Numbered from the stretch's first letter, positions 47,600-57,673 are shown. The stretch is DNA of 64,000 bases from an uncultured Acidimicrobiaceae bacterium (GCA_964648795.1 CAZYMB010000001.1:62920-126919), one strand, 5' to 3'. The notes: generated by a model from the sequence alone, not told the origin. Program-made: numbers and translations.

Positions 47600-48568
47600 T
47601 TACTGAAGCTTCAGAATATCTGGGCCTTGATAAACAAAAGCCGTATAGATCTGCGCAAACTTTCCTCCGAAGTCGAAGAACTCTTCAAAGTGTTCAGGCT
47701 TAGAGAAGCCTCCAACGCCGACAATGTCAAAGTTGTCGTCTGCGTGCTTCAATAGCGGTTCCCAGACAGTGCGAGCTAGGTCGGTCAATAGTTCGCCGGA
47801 TACTCCACCTTTGTCGTAGTTGTGTTGCGAAGTAGTGTTGGTGGCTATCAAGCCTGATAGGCCGTATTCTTTGGCTACATCGACGATGTCATTGACCGAA
47901 TCGTCTGATTCATCTGGCGAAATCTTTAGGTACAGCGGCTTGTTGTCTGGCCTGTTGGTGAACGGCTTGAGTAGTTGTTCTAGCCAGGCTCGTTCCTGCA
48001 GTTTTCGCAGGTCAGCTGTATTGGGGCTAGAGACATTAATGACCATGTAGTTAGCGTGTGGCGCAAACATTTCGTACAGCTCGAGGTACTCATTGACTGC
48101 GTCTTCTAGTGGAGTGTCTTTGTTCTTGCCTATGTTTACCCCGAGAGTGGCTGGTCCTGAATAAGCTTTGACTCTGGGGAGCACTAGCTCGGCGCCACCA
48201 GACGGGAACCCCATAGCGTTGCGAAGCGACTTATCATCTTTGATTCGCCAGATGCGGGGCCGGTCGTTACCAATTTGTGGTTTAAGAGTGACAGTGCCGA
48301 CTTCTATTGACCCGAAACCCAGATGAGATAGAAAGTCCAAAGACTTCGCATCCTTGTCAAACCCTGCTGCTAACCCAACAGCGTGGCGCCAGGTCATATG
48401 CTTTGAGCGAGCTGGCCGCATCTGTGATTCTGATAAGGCGGGAAAAATCTTGCGAAGTGGCCAAGTATTGCCACTCATTACTCCCATGGCCAGGTTGTGT
48501 GAGGTCTCGGGGTCGAGGCGGAACATTAGGGGCTTCAGAGCTTGGTACATACATCGAACACTATCCAA
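47600..48568 (-). CDS. pyrD: Dihydroorotate dehydrogenase (quinone), class 2
   Basis: 322 aa. Colinear with E. coli PyrD: FRLDPETSHN, GLAAGFDKD, GFGSIEVGTVT, NAMGFPS, GVNIGKNKDTP, INVSSPNT, ATNTT, GGVSG, VGVGG. Confidence 0.9.
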   Translation of the reverse strand: MDSVRCMYQALKPLMFRLDPETSHNLAMGVMSGNTWPLRKIFPALSESQMRPARSKHMTWRHAVGLAAGFDKDAKSLDFLSHLGFGSIEVGTVTLKPQIGNDRPRIWRIKDDKSLRNAMGFPSGGAELVLPRVKAYSGPATLGVNIGKNKDTPLEDAVNEYLELYEMFAPHANYMVINVSSPNTADLRKLQERAWLEQLLKPFTNRPDNKPLYLKISPDESDDSVNDIVDVAKEYGLSGLIATNTTSQHNYDKGGVSGELLTDLARTVWEPLLKHADDNFDIVGVGGFSKPEHFEEFFDFGGKFAQIYTAFVYQGPDILKLQ

Positions 48569-48646
48569 TGTGATGCTTTGTGCGCAATTTGTTTTGTGAA
48601 GTCAATAGTATGGGGGCTATCGAGTTCGTGAGAAAGAGAAACCAAA

Positions 48647-49264
48647 ATGCCATCGTCTGCTGAGATAAAGAAAGAAATTGCTCTCGGGATTTATTCAGCC
48701 GGCTTACTGAATTTTGGAGATTTCACCTTTAAATCTGGCATCAAGTCGCCTATGTACATGAATCTTCGTAACTTGGGTTCTCATCCTAAGTTCCTTAAGA
48801 CCGTGTCGAAGGCTGTTGGCGAGATCGTCGAAGAGCTACAGTACGATTTATTGGCAGGAATTCCGTACGGAGCTATCCCGCTGATGATGGGTGTCTCGCT
48901 AGAGCTAGAAAAGTCTGTCATCTTCCCTCGTAAGGAATCTAAAGAGTACGGCATGGCCAAGGACATTATCGGCGATTTCGAAGCCGGCCAGAGAGTTGTA
49001 GTTGTAGATGACCTAGTAACTACAGGCGACTCTAAGATCGAATCGATGGTTCCCTTCGACGAGGCTGGGCTTAAAGTTCAAGACTTCGTAGTGATCTTGG
49101 ACTACGACCGAGGCGCTAGCGAATTGCTTTCTCAGAGTGGTTATACACTGCACTCGGTTATGACAGTCGCAGAAGCAGTAGACATCATCGCCGCCGAGTC
49201 CTTAATCGATGAAGACATGCATGCTCGTGCTAAAGAATTCTTAGCTTCGCTGAAAAACTCATAG
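48647..49264 (+). CDS. pyrE: Orotate phosphoribosyltransferase
   Basis: 205 aa. FGDFTFKSGIKSPMY and the PRPP-binding motif VVVVDDLVTTGDS. Confidence 0.9.
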   Translation: MPSSAEIKKEIALGIYSAGLLNFGDFTFKSGIKSPMYMNLRNLGSHPKFLKTVSKAVGEIVEELQYDLLAGIPYGAIPLMMGVSLELEKSVIFPRKESKEYGMAKDIIGDFEAGQRVVVVDDLVTTGDSKIESMVPFDEAGLKVQDFVVILDYDRGASELLSQSGYTLHSVMTVAEAVDIIAAESLIDEDMHARAKEFLASLKNS

Positions 49265-49284
49265 CGTTCAGCTCCTTAGTGGCT

Positions 49285-49782
49285 CTAAATTAACTCGCCG
49301 AGTGCGCTGGCTAACATCCCAACCACTACAGACAGCGACTGATAGAGCTGGTGCTCAGCTGTGGGCATATCCATTGGGTCGTCGTCTTCTCCAACATCTA
49401 GACGCGTGCCAATGACGAGCCGCAAGTCGTTGAGAACAACCATCCAAGCTTCTGCTTCAACTTCAGAAAGTTCCTCTTTGTGAAGGCTCTGTCGGAACAT
49501 GTTTATCTTGTCGGTTTTGTGTTCGGTCAGCTCTGAAATACCTAACGCTTGGTAACCGGCCTCTAAATCAGGGTCGTTTGGATATGCAGTTGGAAACAGA
49601 CGCCTTGCTTCAGGCAGAGTTGGATCTAATAGAGCGTCGTATTGGCTGCAGAGCTCACCTAAGGCTTGTCGAGTGTCGTTTGCGGCTTCTACAACTATCG
49701 GAGGTTTAGACCCTAGTCGGGTACGACGGTAGATGAGTAGGTGTCCGGTCTCATACTCGTCTGTATGTTCCACAAACCCCAC
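49285..49782 (-). CDS. DUF2017-like protein (conserved ClpS neighbour in actinobacteria)
   Basis: 165 aa, starting 1 nt after the clpS stop. The segment RLFPTAYPNDPDLEAGYQAL and its position downstream of clpS fit my recollection of the DUF2017 family. Not verified. Confidence 0.55.
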   Translation of the reverse strand: MGFVEHTDEYETGHLLIYRRTRLGSKPPIVVEAANDTRQALGELCSQYDALLDPTLPEARRLFPTAYPNDPDLEAGYQALGISELTEHKTDKINMFRQSLHKEELSEVEAEAWMVVLNDLRLVIGTRLDVGEDDDPMDMPTAEHQLYQSLSVVVGMLASALGELI

Positions 49783-49783
49783 G

Positions 49784-50143
49784 TTATTTATCCTGCTCTA
49801 GTGTTGCCCAAAGTCCGTAGCCATGGAGTTGGTGCATGTACTTCTCTGCTTCAGGTCTATCGCCGTTGAAGACGTTGGCTCTTCCTTTGTCGTGCACATC
49901 CATCATCAACTTGTTGGCCTTGGATTTTGAATAGCCAAAGACTTTGCGGAAGACATAGGAAACAAAGTCCATTAGATTGATCGGGTCGTTCCAAACAATT
50001 ACCGACCATGGCATGTCTGGCTTAACCTTGACTGAAGTATCACCAAGAAGCTCTGGATCGGATTCAGTTAGGGGTACTGGTACGGCTTGGCTCACTAAAG
50101 AAACCTTATCCTCGAATTCCGGTAATTTTGGCGGCAGAGTCAT
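49784..50143 (-). CDS. clpS: ATP-dependent Clp protease adaptor ClpS
   Basis: WSVIVWNDPINLMDFVSYVFRKVFGYSKSKANKLMMDVHDKGRANV...GLWATLEQD is typical ClpS. The ATG at 50143 overlaps ctaA by 38 nt. An in-frame GTG at 50095 (GAGGA about 14 nt upstream) would give 103 aa and no overlap, so the start is uncertain. Confidence 0.85.
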   Translation of the reverse strand: MTLPPKLPEFEDKVSLVSQAVPVPLTESDPELLGDTSVKVKPDMPWSVIVWNDPINLMDFVSYVFRKVFGYSKSKANKLMMDVHDKGRANVFNGDRPEAEKYMHQLHGYGLWATLEQDK

Positions 50144-51059
50144 TGGTCGTTACCGTAGAACGTAGATCAATCAGAGTTCTATCTGCAGACGTGTTTCGCA
50201 TACTGATTTGGCTCAAGTAGGTCCAAATCAAGGTTGCTAGGGCCACGTGAGCAAAGACCAGAGCGGGTGGCACTCCAATTGCGAACTGGGTATACCCAAT
50301 AGCGCCTTGGCTAACAAGCAAGGCTGAGAAACCAAATAGTTGTTTTTGGGCTTGGATATTACTTCTGTTCAAATAGATGGCCACAAGAGTGAAACCAATA
50401 AGGAGCCAGACAGATACTGAGTGAATTCTTGTTACTTCCGTCAGGTCGAACCCGAGCCTTGTAGCTCTAGTGTCGCCAGAGTTAGGTCCGCTTCCAGTTA
50501 CAACCACACCAAGCACTATTGCAACAGCTAACAACGTCTTAACTACATTTATGAACTTGGGTCGAGGTGCAATGATTACACCAGCACTATTAGACACTCG
50601 TAGTTCATGTAAGGCTCTGACGCCAAGATCAATTAGTACGATGGACAATAGAAAGTGGATTCCTACAATTCTGGGGTCAAGCACAGAGCGGACAGTCAGC
50701 AGTCCAACAATGGCTTGCGTAATTACACCAAATACAATCGCAAGGTTCAGATTCGCCAACTTTGAGTAGTTGAGATCCCGCTTAAGCGGCTTGCGATCTC
50801 TGACAATGAGGCCAGTCACAACGAGGGAAGATATAAGTACAAACCCAGACAGGAGGCGGTTGCCGAATTCGATCAGCCCGTGAAAGTCGGCTTCGGGCAC
50901 AAAACTGTCTTGGGAACACCCTGGCCAGTCTTCGCAACCAAGACCCGAAGCGGTCAAACGTACAGCGGCGCCCGTAAATACTATGAGCACAAGCACAACA
51001 AGTAGGATCCGCTGCCATAGTTGCACTCTAGAAGTTCCGCCAAGGGTGGCTCTGGTCAT
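50106..51059 (-). CDS. ctaA: Heme A synthase (COX15/CtaA family)
   Basis: 317 aa, polytopic. N-terminal motif VRLTASGLGCEDWPGC and conserved His residues in TM helices (IHFLLS, AHVALAT). Confidence 0.8.
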   Translation of the reverse strand: MTRATLGGTSRVQLWQRILLVVLVLIVFTGAAVRLTASGLGCEDWPGCSQDSFVPEADFHGLIEFGNRLLSGFVLISSLVVTGLIVRDRKPLKRDLNYSKLANLNLAIVFGVITQAIVGLLTVRSVLDPRIVGIHFLLSIVLIDLGVRALHELRVSNSAGVIIAPRPKFINVVKTLLAVAIVLGVVVTGSGPNSGDTRATRLGFDLTEVTRIHSVSVWLLIGFTLVAIYLNRSNIQAQKQLFGFSALLVSQGAIGYTQFAIGVPPALVFAHVALATLIWTYLSQISMRNTSADRTLIDLRSTVTTNDSAAKITGIRG

Positions 51060-51113
51060 GGTCTTAGGCTATCGGGTCAGAATCTGTTGACATAGATATA
51101 TAGGCCAGCTGAG

Positions 51114-51887
51114 GTGCCAGCTAGGATGACTTGCGTGGGTACCCCTGGCAAGATCAATTTACCTGAACTTATCTGCAAGAAACCGGGTGTAACGGTTCGA
51201 GCGGCAAGCCTCGTTTCTTCGGGAATCAAGCTGGTATCAGACCAAGTTCAGCCCTACACCGAGTTTTGGAATCAAGCTAATCAGGATCTCGTTAGTCGTT
51301 CCGTTGATCCAACCCAGCTAGGCAAGAACTTGTTAATCGTGATTGGAGACTCGTCTGCACTTGGGGTGGGAGCCAGTCAGCCTGAGTTGGGCTTTGTCAG
51401 TCCTGTACGCGACTTCTTGGTTCAAGTAACGGGCGAAGGTTGTGAGCTGGTTGTACTGGCTCACTCTGGTGCCAGGGTTGCTAACGGTATTGAACAGTTC
51501 TTGCCAACAGCGTTGGAAGTCCGTGAGTATTGGGAAGCTCACAAACACGGAACCGTTTGGCTAATTTCTTGTATAGGGAGTAACGATATCTTCTGGACCC
51601 TCTCTTTGGCAAAGCTCCAACGTCAGCTCACTGATTTAGTTAAAAGTCTTCCGGCCAGATCACTTGTCGCCACTCTGGCTGGGGCGTCTCCGCGAGCATT
51701 TGCTAGTAACGCTCATCTCAAGAAGATCACAAATGACAACAACATGAGAATAGTGGAACCTTGGCGAAACAAGATCTCTGGCGCACTGGATCGAATCGCA
51801 GAAGATAAGTTTCACCCCAGTGACTACGGCTACCAATGCATGGCAGATGCATTCTGTGAAGCCCTAGACAAAGAAATGGTTCTCTAG
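51114..51887 (+). CDS. SGNH/GDSL-family hydrolase
   Basis: 257 aa from the GTG start; the start is uncertain. Block I IVIGDSSALGVG, block III GSND, block V DKFHPSDYGY. Confidence 0.7.
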   Translation: MPARMTCVGTPGKINLPELICKKPGVTVRAASLVSSGIKLVSDQVQPYTEFWNQANQDLVSRSVDPTQLGKNLLIVIGDSSALGVGASQPELGFVSPVRDFLVQVTGEGCELVVLAHSGARVANGIEQFLPTALEVREYWEAHKHGTVWLISCIGSNDIFWTLSLAKLQRQLTDLVKSLPARSLVATLAGASPRAFASNAHLKKITNDNNMRIVEPWRNKISGALDRIAEDKFHPSDYGYQCMADAFCEALDKEMVL

Positions 51888-51890
51888 GTC

Positions 51891-53015
51891 TTAACCAAAC
51901 ACTGTTTCTAGAGTCTGTGTAACAGTTTTGGTTCTACGGAGCTCTGTCCAAGTCTGTAGTTCGGCTCTGTTCGGTACACGATCTTCAGTTAAGGAGTATG
52001 CAGTAACCGCCTCTGTGCGTGAACGAAGTATGGTTCTTAGCTCTTCACCTTCAGCAAAGAAGATTACAATCGTTGCTCTTGTTACGGTGCCTTGCTCTAA
52101 CTGGTCCACCCAATAGGCTTTACCTGCAGCATCAGAGCCCCGTTTTAGAACCTGCCCGTATAGAAACTCAACATACTGGGCGTCGCTCGCATTTTTGAAT
52201 AAGATTCCAAATTCGTTTCCGGCCTCAAAGTTGTACGCGATCTCATCCAGCTTTATGCCTCGTTCGGCTTCACCTATCCAGAATTCGAGACCGTCTTTGT
52301 CTGGTAGGCGGTTAAAGAATGCTGTGTATAGGCGAGTGACTGTAGCGGTGGTTGAGTTAAGATCTGCAACGTCAGTTGCCCTAGCGGTAGATGCAGAGCG
52401 TTCTAGGAGTGCTCCGTCAACAACTGGTGTTGGGTTTATTGATGTGAAACCACCGTCGCTACTTGGAAAAGCAACTTCAAAGTGTAGGTGTGGCGCTGTG
52501 CTCTCAGCGTTGCCGGAGTCTCCGTTGAAGCCAATTATTTCGCCGGCTTCAACTCGAGTTGATGTAGAGATACGATTTGAACCTGCAGGGATAGCGTTAC
52601 ATAGTCGCTGGCTAAACGCTTGATTGCACCTTGCGTTACCATCGTCAGTTCCCGGAGTGTCATTGTTCAGGTGGATGTAGCGGTAGCGCCAGCCGCTGTC
52701 ACCAGTTAGCTGGATCCAGTTTCCATCGCCGTTGTCGAAAGTGGAAAAACTAATTGTTCCTGATTCGACTGCGACGACAGGTGCGCCTTTAGGTCCTAGT
52801 ATGTCGACACCTAGGTGGGAGCGACCGCCACTACGTGGGGCGCCCCATGTATCAGACCAATTGAATTGCCCGATAGAGGTCGCTTCAATTGGAAATATAA
52901 CGCTTGGAGCTTGCGGCTGGTTTGCCTGTGCTTCGGTTGCGTTGAGCGCAGATGCTGTTGCTACTAATCCGTAGAAGAAGGCTACTACGAGTAGTTTTAT
53001 GCCTAGCTTTTTCAT
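51891..53015 (-). CDS. Secreted M23 metallopeptidase with two C-terminal DUF4214-like repeats
   Basis: Start moved to the ATG at 53015 (MKKLGIKLLVVAFFYG... signal peptide, AGGAGGGG Shine-Dalgarno upstream); the track start is 53090. M23 motifs HLGVDI and PHLHFEV. DUF4214-like segments VTRLYTAFFNRLPDKDGLEFW and VEFLYGQVLKRGSDAAGKAYW. Confidence 0.8.
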   Translation of the reverse strand: MKKLGIKLLVVAFFYGLVATASALNATEAQANQPQAPSVIFPIEATSIGQFNWSDTWGAPRSGGRSHLGVDILGPKGAPVVAVESGTISFSTFDNGDGNWIQLTGDSGWRYRYIHLNNDTPGTDDGNARCNQAFSQRLCNAIPAGSNRISTSTRVEAGEIIGFNGDSGNAESTAPHLHFEVAFPSSDGGFTSINPTPVVDGALLERSASTARATDVADLNSTTATVTRLYTAFFNRLPDKDGLEFWIGEAERGIKLDEIAYNFEAGNEFGILFKNASDAQYVEFLYGQVLKRGSDAAGKAYWVDQLEQGTVTRATIVIFFAEGEELRTILRSRTEAVTAYSLTEDRVPNRAELQTWTELRRTKTVTQTLETVFG

Positions 53016-53074
53016 TCCCCTCCTAGATGTACTACTCGGGCTAGATTTTGATAAATCACTCGAGGAGTACACAC

Positions 53075-53953
53075 ATGTCTTTCGGCACATATGAACGATT
53101 ACTTAATAAGGTTCGTGAAACTGGTGGTTCTTCTATTCGAGAGTATTTGGCTGGAGACTCTGAATTAGCGGCAAGTGAGATAGCAAACCCTGAAAATCCG
53201 GGCTGGTTTAGCGAAACTGATGCTATTTGGAGGGTAAACGCCGACCCGTGCCTAATTATTGGTGGCTTGGCTTCTTTGTTTATCCAGACGCTACATCCAC
53301 TAGTGATGGCTGGTGTTGCCGATCATTCGGCGTACGAGCAGGATCCATTGGGGCGGCTTCAACGGACCGGCAGATTTATTGGAGCTACTACGTATGGGAC
53401 TGTTGAAACAGCAGAGACCGCAGTAGCCACTGTCAACAAGATTCACAGCTTTGTTACTGGGACAGGTCCAGACGGGAAAGAGTACAAGGCAAATGACCCT
53501 CACTTGCTTGGTTGGGTTCACAATACTGAGGTTTACTGTTTCTGGAAGTCATACGAAAAGTTCGGTGGGGCAGACCCGACAGTAAATGCAGATGACTACA
53601 CGGCTCAAGTGGCCAAGGCAGGTAAAGCCCTTGGCTACAAAAAGGCTCCAAGTACTTTTGCCGAGGTAGAGCAGAACTTAGAAATGTATCGAGATGAGTG
53701 TGCCTACACCGAACCAGTTGGCCCCACTCTCAAATTCCTGATCAATCCTGGAGTACTTCCGTTAGTGTCTGCGCCCAGCTACGTTCTTATGGTCGCCGCT
53801 GCTCTTAGCCTGTTGCCACGCTGGTCTCGGGAAATGTTAAAGATCCCAATCCCACCACTAGCAACACCACTGGCTATCCAGCCTGCAGCACGCCAACTAA
53901 CTTCAGTGCTTCGTTGGTTTGCGATTGCTCCCCAAGAACGAGGTGGTACGTAA
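53075..53953 (+). CDS. MpaB/DUF2236-family oxygenase-like protein
   Basis: Start moved to the ATG at 53075 (GAGGAG at 53062-53067). WRVNADPCLIIGGLASLFIQTLHPLVMAGVADHS...DPLGRLQRTGRF fits DUF2236. Confidence 0.65.
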   Translation: MSFGTYERLLNKVRETGGSSIREYLAGDSELAASEIANPENPGWFSETDAIWRVNADPCLIIGGLASLFIQTLHPLVMAGVADHSAYEQDPLGRLQRTGRFIGATTYGTVETAETAVATVNKIHSFVTGTGPDGKEYKANDPHLLGWVHNTEVYCFWKSYEKFGGADPTVNADDYTAQVAKAGKALGYKKAPSTFAEVEQNLEMYRDECAYTEPVGPTLKFLINPGVLPLVSAPSYVLMVAAALSLLPRWSREMLKIPIPPLATPLAIQPAARQLTSVLRWFAIAPQERGGT

Positions 53954-53968
53954 CTAAGGCGTAAGGTT

Positions 53969-55474
53969 CTAGCTGCGCGCAAGCTTTTTCTTAACCATCT
54001 CTTTAACGGAGCCAAGTTCAACTCTGTCCGCAAAGGACCAGGCTAGAGCTGAGAAGATGAGTGTCCCGGCCGTGCCAGCTATCAGAATTGTAATAATGCT
54101 TTGTCCACCAAAGAGACTCGGCAGCGTATAGCTAATGGCGCCAACTGCGGCAGCCGTGAGTGGCGCTCTACCAAAAGGTCGCAAACCACTCTTTGAATAC
54201 ACAAACCAAGCATTGAGAAGGTTTTGGGTAGCAACTGCAATAACCCAAGCGACCGCGGCACCGATGAGTCCGAATGGTGGAACCAGTGCGAAAGTGAGGG
54301 CGACATCAACTACAAGAGCAATAGCTATTGTTAGTAGTGATCTCTTGGAGCGCCCCAGCATTAGCAGTGTGATATCAACGGGTCCGGCCAGAGGGCTGAT
54401 GGTCATTCCAATAGCCAGAATGCTTAGCGCTGTTGCGCCGGGGGCAACTTCTGCGTCGAGCAGGCTAGCAACACCTTCTGCCTTAAATGCAAGAAACACA
54501 AAGTATGGAACGGTGGCAAGAAGCATCCAAGAACCAATTTGGCTGATTAGCTTCTGTGCTTTTTCAAGATTGTTTGCAGCGATTGCTCGTCGGAGCCCTG
54601 GCGACGTTGCTTGTGTGATACTTGCAGACATAAAGTTGCCGGCGGTAACGAACCGTGTAACTGAACCGTAGATTCCTGCCAGAGAGTCTCCGGCGATAGC
54701 AGCGACCAATATTTGGTCGATTCGTTCAAGTAGGCTCTGTAGCGCTACCGAGGCTGCTCTTGGTCTTGTATATGTCCAGAATTCTTTGCTGGTAAGAGCC
54801 TGTTCTCCATTGGTCGTTAGTGCGCCCATTTTTATGGCTGCGCCAGTGGCAAGTAAGAGACTGATGACAAGAGGAATACTCCAGGTTAAGCCCACGAGGA
54901 AACCTTGTTCCAGAAGAGAATCTGTCGTCGAGAACGCTACAACAACTAATAGGAGTAGTTGAGCCAGGGGACGAAACACCTGGTTGATTAGTACATGAGG
55001 GATCACAGATCCAAGAGATCGGGTCACTCCAAGCATAATTATTAGAACTGACCATGCAGGAATCGCTGGGGCAGCGGTGCGCAACATGGCTTGACGTGCC
55101 CCTGAGTTTTCGTCGCCAATTAGTTCAGCGATTTGTGGCGCCAAGAAAAACGTTGTAAGTCCAAGAACAACCGACAAGATAACAACCGGCCTAAGAGCGG
55201 CACCAAGAATTGGTCTCATGTTTATAGCGTTGCCGTCGTCGTCCATTCCTTTGGGGGCGAAGAATACAAAACCTGTCTGAGCTCCCAAGCTCGAACCGTT
55301 TCCAATTATTGAAACTAAAGCAGTGACCGCAAAGAATACACCGGCGAAAGCGAGACTCTCCTTTGCAGCTACAGCAGCAATACCAAAGTTAGAAATCATG
55401 GTTGCGACAGCACCCACCATGGACAGACTCGTCGCAGCGCCTGCGCTTTGGTGCTTGAGTTGTTTAGCTGTCAT
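53969..55474 (-). CDS. Polysaccharide/oligosaccharide flippase (MOP superfamily, Wzx/MurJ-like)
   Basis: 501 aa with about 14 hydrophobic helices. The assignment rests on topology, size and the glycosyltransferase neighbourhood. Confidence 0.6.
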   Translation of the reverse strand: MTAKQLKHQSAGAATSLSMVGAVATMISNFGIAAVAAKESLAFAGVFFAVTALVSIIGNGSSLGAQTGFVFFAPKGMDDDGNAINMRPILGAALRPVVILSVVLGLTTFFLAPQIAELIGDENSGARQAMLRTAAPAIPAWSVLIIMLGVTRSLGSVIPHVLINQVFRPLAQLLLLVVVAFSTTDSLLEQGFLVGLTWSIPLVISLLLATGAAIKMGALTTNGEQALTSKEFWTYTRPRAASVALQSLLERIDQILVAAIAGDSLAGIYGSVTRFVTAGNFMSASITQATSPGLRRAIAANNLEKAQKLISQIGSWMLLATVPYFVFLAFKAEGVASLLDAEVAPGATALSILAIGMTISPLAGPVDITLLMLGRSKRSLLTIAIALVVDVALTFALVPPFGLIGAAVAWVIAVATQNLLNAWFVYSKSGLRPFGRAPLTAAAVGAISYTLPSLFGGQSIITILIAGTAGTLIFSALAWSFADRVELGSVKEMVKKKLARS

Positions 55475-55659
55475 GATCTCATCCAGCGGCTCTGGTTCGG
55501 GTGCCCTAAATTAGGACACTTAAGCCTTGAGATCGGCTTTTTTGCTCTGACAGTTAGCTAAACAAGCCGATATTTCTTTAAAGCCAGTGGGTTATTTGGC
55601 CGTAATTAGGTTCATAAGCTTTGCGAATCTGAGAAGGTTCGGACGAATTTGGTGGATCA

Positions 55660-56136
55660 ATGGCGAATCAATTGAATGAGCAGCACAAAAACTTGCTGTT
55701 TGTGTCCTCATCTGGTGGACATTTATCCCAGCTTCTGCAGCTGGAACCATGGTGGCGTCACCACCAAAGACATTGGGTAACGTTCGATCTGGCAGATGCT
55801 CATTCGAAGCTCTCTGACGAGCCTGTGACATTTGCTCACTTCCCGACTACTCGCAACATCCCGAACATGATCAGAAATACAGCGTTGGCTTTTAAAGTGC
55901 TTCGTAAGCTAAAGCCTGATGTAGTGATTTCAAATGGAGCCGGTGTGGCTTTCCCTTTCTTTGTGGTTGCTCGGGCTCTAAAAATCCCAACAGTGTATGT
56001 TGAGGTTTATGATCGAATAAATTCTGCGACATTGACAGGCAAACTTTGCAAACCATTTACGACAGAGTTTCTAGTCCAGTGGCCAGAACAAGAAGAAATA
56101 TATGAAGGATCCAAATTAGTAGGAGCTCTGTACTGA
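55660..56136 (+). CDS. Alg14-like glycosyltransferase subunit (PssD/Cps14F-type)
   Basis: 158 aa. LLFVSSSGGHLSQLLQL, PDVVISNGAGVAFPF, YVEVYDRI. Confidence 0.75.
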   Translation: MANQLNEQHKNLLFVSSSGGHLSQLLQLEPWWRHHQRHWVTFDLADAHSKLSDEPVTFAHFPTTRNIPNMIRNTALAFKVLRKLKPDVVISNGAGVAFPFFVVARALKIPTVYVEVYDRINSATLTGKLCKPFTTEFLVQWPEQEEIYEGSKLVGALY

Positions 56137-56137
56137 T

Positions 56138-56749
56138 ATGACAGATTCGTCTAGAACCCCTTTAGTCGTTGTTTCGGTTGGAACCGACCTTCATGAGTTT
56201 GATCGGATGATCGACTGGATGGATGCTTGGAATCCACAGTTTGACGTTCAGGTGATAATCCAGCGAGGTACTTCTAAATACTCTTATGCCTGGGACTCAC
56301 GTGAATTGATTCCGCATGCCGAGCTGCTTGACCTGTTTCGTGCAGCAACAGTAGTTATAAGTCACGGTGGCCCTTCAACGGTCATGGATGCCCGCTACTG
56401 TAAAAAGTTTCCGATTGTAGTGGCTCGTAACCCTGAGTTTGATGAGCATGTTGATGAACATCAAATGGAGTTTGCGAAACATTTGGATCGTAACGGTGTG
56501 GCCAAGGTTATTGATTCTCAAGAAGAGTTTTACGCTGCTTTAAATGAGGGCATCGCTAACCCATCTTCAATGACTATTGAAACAAGTGACGGTGCTATTG
56601 CTGGTGTTGTCGAGTTTGCCAGTGTCGTAGACGGCTTGCTAGGAACAACTACGCCCATCTATGCAGAAGCATCCCAAGACAATAACACTTCAACCCAAAG
56701 CGTTGACAGTGCTTTTGAGAACGCAGAACTAAACGCAGGAGAAGCGTAA
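56138..56749 (+). CDS. Alg13-like glycosyltransferase subunit (GT28 C-terminal domain, PssE/Cps14G-type)
   Basis: 203 aa, starting 1 nt after the previous stop. VVSVGTDLHEFDRM and VISHGGPSTVMDA. Confidence 0.75.
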   Translation: MTDSSRTPLVVVSVGTDLHEFDRMIDWMDAWNPQFDVQVIIQRGTSKYSYAWDSRELIPHAELLDLFRAATVVISHGGPSTVMDARYCKKFPIVVARNPEFDEHVDEHQMEFAKHLDRNGVAKVIDSQEEFYAALNEGIANPSSMTIETSDGAIAGVVEFASVVDGLLGTTTPIYAEASQDNNTSTQSVDSAFENAELNAGEA

Positions 56750-57673
56750 ATGAGTGAGAGCAGACAGTATGCAAAAGTGTCGGCAATTATCGCTACGCGT
56801 AACCGTCCAGAGCTACTGCGGCGTGCGATTGATGCGATTTGGAATCAGGATTACAAAGGCGAGATAGAAATCGTTGTTGTCTTTGACCAATGTGAACCCG
56901 ACGAAACACTAGTAGCCGAGGAACGAAATCGTTCACTAAAAGTTACTTCTAATGTTCGTTCTCAGGGTCTAGCCGGTGGCCGCAACAGCGGTGTCGACTA
57001 CGCCACTGGCGAATGGGTTGCCTACTGCGACGACGACGACGAATGGTTGCCAGCAAAGCTAAGTTCGCAGTTCACTGCGATAGAGAATACTCCGGGAGCT
57101 AAAGCAGCTTGTACAGGTATCTTTATTAACTTCGAAGGTGAAGACACAGCACGGATTCCAGATCCAAAGGGTGTCAAGCTAGAAGATTTCATTCGTGATC
57201 GGATGACAGAAGTTCACCCTTCAGCCTGGTTGGTTAATCGTGAGTTCTTACTTAACGAAGTTGGCTATGTAGACGAAGAGATCCCAGGTGGTTACGCCGA
57301 AGACTACGACTTCATTCTGCGTACAGTAAAGAGGACAACTCTGGCTGTAGCTGATGCTCCACTTGTCAGAATCTATTGGCACGGCGCATCATTCTTCTTC
57401 GAGAGATGGAAGATGATCGATGAAGCTCTGCAGTACCTAATCGAAAAGCATCCGGAATTTGCTGACGATCCGCGAGGTCTAGCAAGGATTAAAGGCCAGC
57501 AAGCTGTTGCTAGAGCTGCAATGGGTGATCGAAAGGAAGCATTGAGCGCAGTAGTGGAAGTAGCTAAGCTCAACCCGCTTGAGAAGCGAAACGCATTGGC
57601 TCTTGTAGTGGCCTTAGGTTTGCCAGCCGAGTTTGCTCTAAAACAAGCCCACAAAATTGGTAAGGGCATCTAG
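56750..57673 (+). CDS. Family 2 glycosyltransferase
   Basis: 307 aa. VSAIIATRNRPELLRRAIDAIWNQDY and a DDDDE (DxD) motif. ATG directly abuts the previous stop. Confidence 0.85.
   Translation: MSESRQYAKVSAIIATRNRPELLRRAIDAIWNQDYKGEIEIVVVFDQCEPDETLVAEERNRSLKVTSNVRSQGLAGGRNSGVDYATGEWVAYCDDDDEWLPAKLSSQFTAIENTPGAKAACTGIFINFEGEDTARIPDPKGVKLEDFIRDRMTEVHPSAWLVNREFLLNEVGYVDEEIPGGYAEDYDFILRTVKRTTLAVADAPLVRIYWHGASFFFERWKMIDEALQYLIEKHPEFADDPRGLARIKGQQAVARAAMGDRKEALSAVVEVAKLNPLEKRNALALVVALGLPAEFALKQAHKIGKGI

Noticed and set aside
55522-55543. AAGCC-N8-GGCTT hairpin followed by a T-run
   Set aside because: It has only a 5-bp stem and lies in the divergent region between the flippase and the Alg14-like gene, with no upstream plus-strand gene. 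It could be a leader element, but the evidence is too weak to call.
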